Part shown: positions 24,620 to 36,399 of the stretch, one piece after another
Layout: each line of letters opens with the position of its first letter
How positions within the stretch are numbered: the first letter of the stretch is position 1
Origin: a bacterium
GTDB taxonomy: Bacteria > UBA8248
Length of the DNA: 64,000 bases
Direction of reading: 5' to 3'
Assembly: GCA_965213685.1 (NCBI GenBank)
Contig: CBDBZY010000064.1
Coordinates: forward strand, 1,152,001-1,216,000
Program-made: the position numbers and the translations under genes
The notes under the pieces: model-generated
The model's input: only the letters and a program-made list of their open reading frames with translations
What the model was told of the DNA's origin: nothing
Databases searched by the model: none

Positions 24620-26035
24620 AACATAAACAGTTTAAGATATGAAGGCCATGCTCACTCCCCTGAACAAATTCATTACCAATTGCATTTAAGTCTAGGCTGT
24701 CTTGTCTTTCTTTGTTCAAATGAAGCAGCATGAGATGGTTCAAATGTTTCTGCCCCATTGAGCTTCTCCGGTATGTATTTAATCACCTTATTGCAGAGAA
24801 GCTTTACTCACTGAGTGTATTGATCGCTGGGATGACAAGGAGATCAGCTGAGCTAAGTAGCATACTTCTCTGAAAAATGTGCATTCTTTCAGCTGGACTG
24901 CTGCCTTGTTACTTCCTTTGCTTGAAAACCAAGTCCCAAGGATCTGAAGCTACACCTGCAGCTCTGCAGCATTGAAGTCATCTTTGTAGAAAGACACTAC
25001 CTTTCCACAGAAATCTTCATAATTCTTTCCTCTTGCTGCATTGACAAGTAACTCTTCGAGATTCCTGTAAACTCCATAGCCTGGTTGATCAATAATACTA
25101 AAAACTGCTGTGCCAAGGACTTTGAAATACTTGAAACAGTAGTGGTCCTCAGCAGTAGAACTGTGAAAGCCACCACTGCTACCAACTTCCAACTTGAAGG
25201 GTGCTCTTCTCTGAAGGCAACACAGGCTCACTAACGCCCATCTTCTGACAATTGGTGTCAACAAAACTATGTATAGAATAGCTGAAATTTCTCACCACTG
25301 CCATCTGCTTTAGGGTGGCTACTGCGTAATCAGCCATTGTCTCTTTCTGCAGAGTCCTGCTCCGATTGTCAATGATCTTCAGGATTGATTTGCAATGATA
25401 CAAACCGAAGAACAGTTTGTACTGCATCATCTGGCTTTATGACCCTGCCCTTGATATCAGTATCCAGCCTTGTATCCAGGCACTCATCCCACAGCAGTTG
25501 GAGTATGCTGTAGTTCCTCAAACTGCATCACCTTGCACAGTTTAGCAAATAGGGCAGAAAGCATGGATGCCAATGCTGGATCCTCCTCCTTCTGAAGCTG
25601 CTAGCTCTGCTTTGATTCAATTAAACACAGCATTTTTTGCTTTGGAGAGTAGTGAGTTATTTCAATTGCCAAATAAAAAGCACCGGTCTTCAATTGCTTC
25701 ATTACATCTCCAACATCCAGGCTAAGTGCATGAGCATAGTAATGAGTCAGCACAGCAGGTGATTAGTTTGGCTTGGCAGCAACTCCATGCTTGCTACATA
25801 CCTATCATGTTAGATGCCCCATCATAGCATTGTCCACGACAATCTGAGAGCTTTATGTCTGCAGAAACAGATCTTTATAGCATCAGCCAAGCAATTTGCA
25901 TCTATTGTTTTGACATGTCTTAGCCCAATTACATCTTCATGATCAGTAAGGTTTTCATTCACCCACCTGATGCAGATGGTGAATTGCTCTGTGTTGGAAG
26001 CATCCATGCATTCATCAGCCATCAGCTGAAGATGC
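24620..26035 (-). mobile_element. Decayed hAT transposase (ZMYM1/DUF4371-like)
   Basis: LMADECMDASNTEQFTICIRWV...; RGQCYDGASNM; ...SMGQKHLNHLMLLHLNKE; many stops and frameshifts. Confidence 0.85.
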
Positions 26036-26073
26036 AAGCAAATGATGATAATATATGTATATGAACATATGTT

Positions 26074-26803
26074 CCGCCCCAATGCACAACCCAGTCACTT
26101 GATCAACTGGATGCCGGTTAATCAACTGAATACCCAGTTGATCAACTGGCTGTTTGAATACCCAACTCTACAGTGTAATATGCCCGGTTGTACAACTGGA
26201 TGACCGTCCAGTTGTGCAACACTGTGCCCTTATGCTCGAGCAAGAAAGTATGCTGTCTGCTTGATGTACGTAGATCTAGATGTGCACTCAACTTATCTGA
26301 CTTGTACACCAAGATATATTTTTGCTGTTTATGCCAGTTGATCCATACCTTGCCTATGGTTGCACAGCCGGGCAGTGGTCTAATTGTTCAACCAGCTGTC
26401 TCAATGCTCAACTGGTGAATGTGCACAACTTGGTTTGTAAGGATATGTGGTCGGCTCTGTCTGAACACACAGCAAGCTAACTTGAAGAGTTCAAGAGGGA
26501 CAGCTAAGAAGGGCGTGACTTTTGTTAGTTTGTCTGATTTGTTCACCACCACAATGGTATGGCAAGCCTACTACTTATCATGATCTGTAGAGGGTGATCT
26601 TGGATAGGTTTTGTAATTACAGTACATTTGGAAAACGGTCTTGTAATCGCACTATCATTCGCTGCTAACCAACTCTTGTCATTTCCACTGACCGGTAGAT
26701 TCTCAGTACACAAACATATCATCTGGTTGATTAACTGCACATCCGATTGGTTTAACTGGATATCCAGTTAGTCATTGGGGATGGTGGTTGCACATCGGGG
26801 CAG
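26074..26803. mobile_element. Unclassified MITE with internal CCAGTTGATCAACTGG-type palindromic motifs
   Basis: GCCCCAATGCACAACC at 26076 versus GGTTGCACATCGGGGC ending at 26801; repeated CAACTGG/CCAGTTG motifs inside. Confidence 0.5.
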
Positions 26804-27508
26804 TTAGAACAGCACCTTCCTATATGGTGTACTATTGTACAGCAAAACAAACAAGTAAATAAAACATTTTCCAAAAATGTAGAGGGATGTAGCCGTAGGG
26901 ATGGCAGATGCTCTTCTTTCAGGCACTAAAAAGCAATTTTTGACAACAGACAGCTTTTCCTACGTATGTGTCAGGGGCTGGGAGTAGCAAGAAGAAATTG
27001 AGGACCACCACTTGGAGTAGGGGCTGAGCCCCTTTAAAAAAGTCCTAAGCTACTCACTGCATGTATGTGACTGCCTACGTCAAACAAGTATCATCAACAT
27101 TTGTTGCTTACAAACAGAAATCAGCTGCTACAGTAGCTTTTGTAGGTGTTCTAGCGAGTAAAAATAATAGGTTGGCTTTAATAGTACAGTGAAGTAAGAT
27201 GCTACGTACTTCTAAACAGCTAGGCCTTATATCTAGGGATATAAGCTTGGCTTCGTGCACACGCACAGGGTCATGCTCAAAGTTCTGCCACGTGACATTA
27301 TATTAGAAAATGGCTTCCAAGTGTAGGGAAGAGTCTGGGGCTACTGTGTTTTGCTCGAAGTCAAACCAAGAACCAAACATGCTGGTAGTAAAAGGCACTA
27401 TGCACACAGGAAAGAAGGACATACATACAAAAGCCACCATGATAACTTTAGCCAGTTTTGCATAGGTCAATTTAGAAGAATCAAGAGAGTCAGTAGACTC
27501 CCTATGTA

Positions 27509-28234
27509 TAGTCTCGTGCCCAGACCCCACCCCCAAAATTGGAAAGGGTCTGGGGACATTGCTCGGAATTCTTGGTTGTGCTGACACAGCAGTCATGTGA
27601 CTGCCGCATGTGATTTGCACGTGTACATGTACATGTGGTGTGCATGCATATCAATATCTAGCTGTGTAGAGCTGGCCTGCTATCGCTCTGCAACTTACTA
27701 GAGCTCTAGCTAGCTAGAGTATTGGGTGCATGTACATGCTAGTGCCCTCTGCTCCTCTGTTGATTTCTCGTACCCGAGTGCTTGTACAGCAAGAGTAATA
27801 CACTTAGTGAGCGACTTTTCTGACACACTTATGTCAAAACAAGGCACATGTACGCAAGCCATGGCCTACTACCATGATTACACAGTTTCGCTATCACAGA
27901 GACGTCTAGTCATATCTAGCTCTAGTCGTTCTATAGAGGGCTAGCTGCGATACACCATAGATACTATACCTCCGTAAGGTATAGTATCTATGGATACACT
28001 ATACAGCTCTAGCAACACTTAGTCTCACTATTGATTGCCATGGCACACACATGTACATTAGTACTATAGTCCAAAGTCCACATCCGCACGTATGTACACA
28101 TACGTACACGGACCGCACGCACATGCAAATCTCACGCAGCCATCACATGACTGCTGTGTCAGCACAAACAAGAATTCCGAGCAGTGTCCCCAGATCCTTT
28201 CCCATTTTGGGGGTGGGGTATGGGCACGAGACTA
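27509..28234. mobile_element. Non-autonomous TAG..CTA element with ~110-bp TIRs and a perfect 9-bp TSD (AcademH-like)
   Basis: CCCTATGTA|TAGTCTCGTGCCCAGACCCC ... GGGGTATGGGCACGAGACTA|CCCTATGTA; it splits the terminus of the CAGAGAGTC palindromic family. Confidence 0.9.
27956..27992. mobile_element. 37-bp CATAG..CTATG mini-element with a 7-bp TSD
   Basis: GATACAC|CATAGATACTATACC-TCCGTAA-GGTATAGTATCTATG|GATACAC. Confidence 0.8.
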
Positions 28235-28779
28235 CCCTATGTAGGGATGGTGCCGACACACCCATAGTGTGCATACATTAGAAAGCCTTCTAAGCTCTTT
28301 AGCGCTCATGTTCTAAGCCTTTAGGTACCTAGCTATCCTATTCCAACCTATCTTAATCCCCACACGTAGCTAAAATGCATTGCCACACTTGCTGACAGAG
28401 AACCGCTGAAAGGTCAAATTGTTCATCTTCTTCTTCTTAAAGATTTTGTCAAACGGCCTATGTCGGAAGTGGCTGAAGTTTTAACCGTGGTTTTCCCACC
28501 AACGGCCTTAATTCGTGTGTGCGCAGTGCCTTTTACTAACAAATCGATGGTATCTTGGCAAACCTTGGTGAACAAACGCCAGTCGCTTTCCCATACTTGG
28601 TCTATAGAAGACATTGTCTAATAATGTCACGTGGCATAACTTTGAGCACGTGTCGTTATTACAACTTCCTTTATATTTGCACAGATTAGCCTCAGAAACT
28701 TGGGAGCACAGAGCAGCTTGTCGATAGGCCTCTGAGACACAGGAGGAGAGAGCAGCTTGTCTGTTGCAGGCTTCGGCTT

Positions 28780-29225
28780 TCCCCAACCGAGTGCTCCACT
28801 ACGCCTCCAGTCTGCGTGGCACCAAACACGTCAGCGGAGTCGCCTCCTCTTCATGGTTGACACACTGGGTCTGCCCACAATCTTCTTCACTCATAGTGCA
28901 GCAGATCTCCAGTGGTCAGAGCTGGCACAGCTTATCTGTCCTGACAACCCTGACTCCAGAGCTGCCCGTGCCAAGGCAGTTATCAAGAACCCAGCCCTTG
29001 CAGACTGGTTCTTCTACCACCGAGTCAGGGAGTTCATCAAGGCCTTGTCCTCAGAGGTACTGACTACTGGCTACAGTTCGAGTGGCAGCACTGTGGGAGC
29101 CCCCATGTGCATAGTCTAGCATGGCTGCTAGACACACCAGATTTGGAACAGATACTTGTTGACACAAGTGATGACTGATGACCTGAAGGAAGAGATTGTC
29201 AAGCATGCTGATCAGCTTGTGTCAT
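28780..29225 (+). mobile_element. Helitron Rep (HUH) fragment
   Basis: VLHYASSLRGT...RQRSRLLFMVDTLGLPTIFFTHSAADLQW...NPALADWFF...FEWQHCGSPHVHSLAW; frameshifted. Confidence 0.85.
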
Positions 29226-29228
29226 GAC

Positions 29229-29279
<51 letters not shown>

Positions 29280-32200
29280 CAAACTCTCCGAGATTTAATG
29301 TAGTGACCTACTCATCATGCAAGCAAAACTCCCAACCTTCATTGATTAATGGGTTGGGGGTTGGAGGTGTCGTGCAAGGGTCATTATTGCAGGGACACCA
29401 ACTGTAATTAATTATTACAGGGGCCCAGCCCTATCGCCAGCCTAGGACCAATTGGCCTACTCTGTCATTATCAGCTCTAATTGGCCCCTTTGAGGAAGCC
29501 CCTGCGATAATTATGCCCACCTCATTTAATTGCCCCCTTCTTACGCACAACACCCCTTAATGGACAAGGTGGCGCATGGGGTATCCAGCCAGCAAGGCTG
29601 ACAACCCACCCATAAAAGCTGGGCTACCAGCTCACCCCCATGCTCACCTTTATTCCCCCTTTTTCCTAGCCCCTTTAATACATTATTTAAATTTTTAGTC
29701 TATTTTGGCTAATATTCATATTTAACCTTTTTTTAAAATAATTATGCACAATGCAATTTAAGTGAACACTACAAAGGCAAGAAGCTACTAGTGAGATCCG
29801 TGAGCCAGTGCCCGGGAGACATTTGCCAGCTGTGCACAGGAAGCTTAATGTATAGTTTGTAGGCGTCGCTACGCCACCGCCCCAGAGTTTGGATGAGAGA
29901 GTCTTCCAGCCCACGCTGTGTTGCTGTTGTCGCAGCGCTGATCCGGAAACTGTGTCCATTGTAAGCTGTATCATCCAGGCCAGCCTGCCTGAGAGCTGCT
30001 TGCAAAGAGGATACAAGATATGCCCTGGTAAGGGGTGCTCCTGTGGAGCGCACGAAAAGGGGGCCCGGAGACGCTGGTCGAATGCTGATATATTGCAAGA
30101 GGGCCTAGATTGGGCAGACATCTGTTCCCAACCGGCCCATAAAGATTTCCATGCCCCGACAGTACGGGTCTGTCTTACTCTGCTTTAGCACCAGCCTCAC
30201 CATCAACGACTCAATATGGCTGTCCAGTGCCACATCACTGAGGCTCAGGTGAGTATCTGGGTCGTAAGATTCAGCTGATGGCACTGTAAACTCGCCTGCT
30301 CAAAGAAAGCCAAAAAACCCTGTGCACGCTGCGGCCCAGAGCATAACCCCATCAGCCACAGTAGGCTGGGCCAGCCACACTCTGCGCAGGCACTAGAGGA
30401 TCTCCATGGTTATGGGGAGCCTGGCATGTGACACGCTGCCACCTCTGGCCTCAACCTGCTTAATGCCCGTGAGGACATACTCCAGTCTAGGGAGAGGATT
30501 GGAGAAGGGATTGCCCAACCCTTGTTGGATCTGGAGGCAGCGAATTCCGGACAAATACGATTTATTGACCAGTGTTTTAGACCATCCTTAGCAAGGAAGG
30601 CTACGTATCTGCATAATGTGCCCTCCTGGAGAGGGTACGGGTTAGCCACTCCGTACTTCAAGCAGAAGGCTCCGTATCAGCGTTGTGCTGATTTGTAAAT
30701 CACACGAGTGGCAGGTGTAATGCAGTCTCCCAAGAAGCCCTCAACAGCAGCATCCAGCTGGGTGATGTCCAGTGCAGGTCGCGGTTGAACACCAGCTCTC
30801 GGAGCTCTACTGGGATAATTGCTGGCACTGGAACGCCTGTGGGTTGAGAGAGAAAAACAAATGGAGGCGGTTACAAGACAACGCGTCAGCTGATGCATTT
30901 TTTACCCCAGGCAGGTGATGTGCAGTAATGCGCATGTCTCAAATCGCTGCCAGGAATGCCAGTATCCTGAGCAGGTGCGACAGAGTGGGGTCCCTAGCTG
31001 CGCCCTTGTTTACCGCCCTGACGACTGTGGCATTGTCGCAGAGGCACTGGACATGTCTGCCTGCCCACTGTGGGCCCCACAGAGTGGCTGCTACAACTAT
31101 CGGAACCAGTTCCTTCGGAACAATAGAGACTGCAGCCCATGATTCAGGCCACTGGAGCTGGAACCAGCAGTTGCCATGAAAAGCTCCACAGCCCCATGCC
31201 CCAGAAGCATCTGACACCAGTTGGAGGGGGGGGTCCTGCCGGAGGCACAATGCTGGTTCCACTCCACACACTGAGGAATGTGTGCCACCAAGCCAGGTCT
31301 GCTCGCGCTGAGCTGTTGAGGTGGACCCAGTGATCAAGCTCTTTACTGCCACTGCTGCATGAATGAGACTACACAAGAAGGCCCTCCCCGGTCTGACTAC
31401 GGACGCTGTATGGTGCAGGAGGCCTAGCAATGAGAGTAGGTCCCGTTTCTTCCCAGAGCTCTGCGGTGTTGGCTGCTCAGACCGACTCATCCATGCAGCA
31501 ATGGTACCAGTTAACCAACCGAGCTTGTCTTGTGGAAGGCGGATCTATTGCTGCTGGGTGTCAATCTCGATGCTAAGAAATGTGAGTGCCGTTGTGGGGC
31601 CTTCAGTTTTGTCTTCGACCACTAGGAAACCCAACTTGTCGCAGAGTGCCAGAATCATCAACAATGCCGTGCCACATGCAGGCTGATCAGGGTGACCCTG
31701 GACCAGAAAGTCATCGAGGTAGTGTACAGTTGCATGTACACCCCGATCCCGGAGAACCCACATCATGGCATCTGTCAGGGTTGAAAACAGTTTGGGGGCT
31801 GAGCGTAGGCCAAAAGGTAGTGCCTTATTGAGGTAGGATGTGCCATTATATGACACTGCCAACAGCCGCTGATCGGACAGGTGTACCGGGACTGCCCTGT
31901 AGGCCTCCTTGAGGTCAAGTTTTGCCAGCAAAGTGCTTGGCCCTAGCGACTTGGCCAGCTCAAAAGCATGGTCCAGTGAGGCATAGGACACCGAGCAGAG
32001 GTCCTGTCTGATGGCATCATTCACATTGTGCCCCTCCAGGGAGGAGGGATCCACGATTAGCCACCACTTGTCTGGCCTATTCTTCTTGGGAATGACTCTG
32101 ATAGGGCTGATCTGCAGGAGAGGTGGACCCAGCTGAGGTTTTGATGGGATGATGGACATGCGACCCAAGTCCACCTCGCGAGCCAGGTACGCCAAGATCA

Positions 32201-35165
32201 CATCAGGCCTCTCATAAGCCGAGCTGCGATTTTGCCGGCAGGGTACAGACGTGGCCCCTTCCATCACACCAATGTGGAAACCGTCTGAGAGGCCCCTCAA
32301 TAAGAATGCAGTAAATGCTCTGTCTGGGATGGACTGGAGAGCCCTTTCCCAGGCAGTGGGGCGAAGTGGAAATATGATAGTAGCCAGGTAAGGAAGAGGC
32401 TGTAGGGCAGCAGATGCCAGCTCCAGCTGTAGCAGGTCTTGCGTAAACCGGTAGGAGCCCTTAGAGAAGTTTTTTGAAATACCATACGCCCTACATAGCA
32501 ATAGCAAAGCAAAGACCATTTTGTCCATCCCACCAACAGGTGGACAATGTGAATGTCACTATGGACCCACTCCTCCAGATGCCCAAGGGGTTGGCTTGAC
32601 AGCGGAACTGCTGGTGAAGGAGAGCTCCCTGCATGCCATAGCTTGTTGGGTGCCATAGCAGTACAGGCAGATGTGTGCATAGGTGCACTTCCCTGGGAAC
32701 TTGCAGCTCCCACTGTTCCACGAGGAGCAGATAGGTCGCTGGCGGGTGTAGGGGGCTGGCTGCTTCCCCTTTCCAGATGTGCGCTCCGAGCCTGCCACTG
32801 CAGAAGGTGAGTCAGTTGCACTAGTCCGTGGCTTCGGGAGCACTGCCATGACCACACACTCCAATGAGGTGTGGTCAATCTTAGTGCTGCAACGAATGCT
32901 GTTTTTGTACATCTGAGTACTTGTGTACTTTAACGAGCGAATAATCGGATACTCATTCCATTGTTTTCATTGGTTAGACCACAGTTTACAAAACTTCATG
33001 TTGGTAGTGAAGGCCACGTGAGGCGAACTAATGGTCACCAGCAATTCTTCCTTGATACCACTGTACAAACGTCGACAAGTAGCAGTGATGTGCAGGCGAG
33101 ATGGAACTTGGTATCCTGGCTCCACGTAGTTCATTAGCTGCCTAAAGCCTGTGCCATCCACGGTGGAAATTGGCTTCAAGTCTCGCGCAATAAATTCTGC
33201 TATCCGATTTGTGATGGCGCTGGCACGCTCCGGGGGGCAACACTTAACACAGTGGAATGAGAACATCGTTGCCTGCTTCTTTGTACCACTATCAGAATCT
33301 CCTGTAGCAGTCTTGTGGGCAACGGGATGCTTCGATTCAAGGTGGTTAAGAAGGTTGGTCGTGCCACCGGTGTATGTCAGTTGCAGTCTGTCGCACAGCG
33401 AACAAATGGCTTTCTTGGTCTTTCTTCCTTCCTCATCAGTAACCTCTGCTAATTCAAAACTCCCGCACTCGACTAGTTCGCCTTCTTTTCGCCATATCTC
33501 ATGCACATACTAACCCTCGCTAGTACTACATTCACACCACGTGTTAGCCTACTGCGCATGTGCATATGTCCAAGTCCGAGTACTCGGACCCAAATTTCTG
33601 GATTCGAATATGAGCAATCAACCGAATACTCGAGCAATGCAAATATTCGTTGCAGCACTAGTCAATCTCATTGCAGTGCTTACAGGGGGTTGCCACTCTC
33701 CCCTGCTGATTTGCGATATACACTTGATGCAGGGATGCATCAATGTAGTTCCATGGGGAGGATAGCCCCACCTGGTTCCTGCGGAAGACTGCGTCATAGG
33801 TGAGCCACCCACTCCCACCAAATTTACTGGCCTCTCGCACGGTGAGGCGCATGTATGCCAGCATGTCCCCCACTGTAGCAGGGTGAGCCTCCGCCACGAT
33901 TGCCACATACGTCACAAACGAAGACACCCAGGTCATGAAGGCCTTCTCTCCCGCAATCTCCCTCTCGCCCAGATGTTTGGAGGGTGCCAAACCTTGAGGA
34001 AGAGCTACTAGACACTCCGCGAGGGCCAGGTTGTCCGGGAGCAGCTCCCGCATGTCAACATATTCCAGGGCCTGTATACGACTGACCAGTTTCCCTGGGA
34101 TGGGGACAATGCTCCTGGCAACCTTGTACGGTGGCTTCGTCTGTTTCCTCTCCCCCCACTGACATAGATGGTCCTGGTAGTGATGGCATAAGTGCCACTC
34201 CAGAGCTGACTAGTGCTGTCGAGATTGCCCCACTCGACGCCAATGATGAAGGGAAAAGTGGTAGAGTGCCTGCAGATGCTTCAAAGAGCGGAATGCTTGG
34301 GAGGAAGAGATGGTGCAATGACAGTGCTGCTGGCTGTGAGGGAACCTAAGGCAGCAAGACAAGAAGAAACAATGAGTTGCCCCGTACTCCACGCACTGCT
34401 CTGCCACTCATGTTTCCCTGTGGGAACCTCCCCGACTACCATTAACGCTCTACCTCCCCCGCTGCACCCGCAGAACTCCCACTCATCAATTGAGGAAACC
34501 TGAACAAGACGCCCGCAAATTGGCATTAATTTTTTACACCTGACAGGCAGGCAGCGGAGTAGCGCCATGCGTACTCTCCTCGCATATATACGTACCTGGT
34601 CCATGCGTCAGACGGGCTAGAGCAGTCACCATGGCTGCCGCCACCTCCTCATGAGTCAACTGCCACACTGCCTCCTCGATCATCGCATGGTTCCACTCGT
34701 CGCCCCGCGGCTCTCCGTCTGTCTCCACGGGTTCGTGAGAATGGCGAGGAGTCTCTGAGTCCACCATTGGTCCTTAGGAAATAGCACAACACTGAGCAGA
34801 GAGGGTTCAGCTGCCACTGCGTATTCCTGCTGGAACTGGATAGCCTGCACTCACAGGTGTGATGCTCGCTTGCCAGAAAGGCGCAATAAAGCCACAATGC
34901 TGCACATGCAATGCGCATGCTCCGAAGACGCCTGCCACCCCCGCATGCGCAGTGGCTCCCTATGTACCAGGGTAGATGGGTGATTGCCAACCAGCCAGCG
35001 CTATGCACTCCCCTGTCATTCAGGGCCCAAACTTGCTCAACCCCCAGCCAGCCTTGGAGGTCACAGCACCAATGGGGCCTGCCGCCCATGCACCAATTGC
35101 CGGCTGCATACACCAGCGCCGTACACTCCTATGTCCTATATTAACTCTGTTTAATTATCATTAAA
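29280..35165 (-). mobile_element. Near-complete DIRS/Ngaro-type tyrosine-recombinase retrotransposon copy 2 (gag with CCHC and CCCH fingers, RT, RNase H, YR)
   Basis: RT ORF 31545-32528 (LAKLDLKEAYR, LPFGLRSAP, HYLDDFL); RNase H (SDASGAWGCG, KELVPI, CDN); YR (FGFL.AGEF, SKTDP, YNGHSFRISAAT, LGRWRSDAYKLY); a few stops and frameshifts. Outer boundaries are approximate. Confidence 0.92.
32882..33660 (-). mobile_element. Non-autonomous hAT element with a BED zinc-finger fragment and a perfect 8-bp TSD, nested in DIRS gag
   Basis: GTCAATCT|TAGTGCTGCAACGAAT ... ATTCGTTGCAGCACTA|GTCAATCT; ORF KAICSLC...GGTTNLLNHLESKH...IARDLKPISTVDGTGF. Confidence 0.92.
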
Positions 35166-35293
35166 CATCATGTGATGCAGAATTAGTTGCCTCGCACTAA
35201 GGCGCTCTTATAACGCACGTAATATACCTCAGAGCAGTAGCTAGCGGTTAGCTTTAAAAGGCACATACGCTAGCTATGTAAGTGCTTAGTATA

Positions 35294-35380
35294 CCCGTGT
35301 GGTGTAGCGGTTAGCGCATAGTGACTGTTGCTACAACGGTTGGGGGGTTGAATCCTGGTGAGAAAGTTGTCTTTTTTTTC
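35294..35380 (+). pseudogene. tRNA-derived sequence (pseudo-tRNA or SINE head) with A/B boxes and a T run
   Basis: TGGTGTAGCGGTTAGCG (A box/D arm), GGTTGAATCC (B box/T loop) and T8 downstream. The acceptor and anticodon stems do not pair well. Confidence 0.5.
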
Positions 35381-35929
35381 TTTTACATACCGCTCTTAAA
35401 AGCTCATGAATTATTCATATATGCATGAAATCGTGCACCCAACATGCAATTAATGTACGTAGGTTTGCTGAAGGGACTCTGGAAGACCTTTCAGTCACCC
35501 ATAGCACCATTTTTGTGTCCTCACTGTTTGAGTCTAGCTAATTAGTCAGTAGCTAAGCAGGTGGGAGACATGAACATGTGTATGTACATACATGTACATG
35601 CCATGCTCCTGCATGTGCATATGCACAATCCTGGGACTGTGCAAATGCATTCATTTATAACAGGTACATTGTACGTACACATTCAGCAACCCATAGATTG
35701 CCCAAATCTGGGCTTAGTAACGACCATGCCATATATGCACTATGTGTATACAATGTACATGTAGGTGTGTGTGTGTGTGTGATTTCTACCCTATTTTGTT
35801 TATGTGTTCACGCACTATGCAGTATTTACATACACACATGTGCATGAGATGGATGCACATGCATATGTGTAAGTGGTGTACTCAGCTCTAGCTTTCATAC
35901 AAGGTGTGTATATGTGTGCATGAATACAG

Positions 35930-36113
35930 ATAATGAAACCTGCCAGTGGAGAACAACAGGACCACTTATTTGAAGACACAAAAAATGTTCTGGAAAACTT
36001 CAACCCATCACGCTTGCAACCTTTGTTTAAGCCAAGTGAAGGCAGTAATTCTGACATCTACAACACACAAGCAGCTTTGTTCTGTATGCCCAGGAAAGGA
36101 AATGAGTTTACAG
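35930..36113 (+). CDS. Host gene exon E
   Basis: aatacag| ... |gtgtgt; phase 0/1; IMKPASGEQQDHLFEDTKNVLENFNPSRL...GNEFT(G). Confidence 0.75.
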
Positions 36114-36129
36114 GTGTGTTGGAAACAGA

Positions 36130-36172
<43 letters not shown>

Positions 36173-36399
36173 TGTGGTGTATCTACATACGTACATGTAG
36201 TAGTCATAGTATTTCATATGCACAGTCTTACTCTAGTAGTAGGAACCAAGCACAAAAGACTAGTCCCTGTTATCTACCTGGACTGCAACCGACTTGCTAT
36301 ACAAATGGTGGGAAAGGCAACAGTGCTCTTTCACTCCTCTACATGCCTGCATGCAATCTAACCATTAGTTCCATGCCATGCTCCCAATTTACTATGACG

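Noticed and set aside
35294-35365. Functional tRNA gene
   Set aside because: Acceptor and anticodon stems do not pair; recorded only as tRNA-derived.
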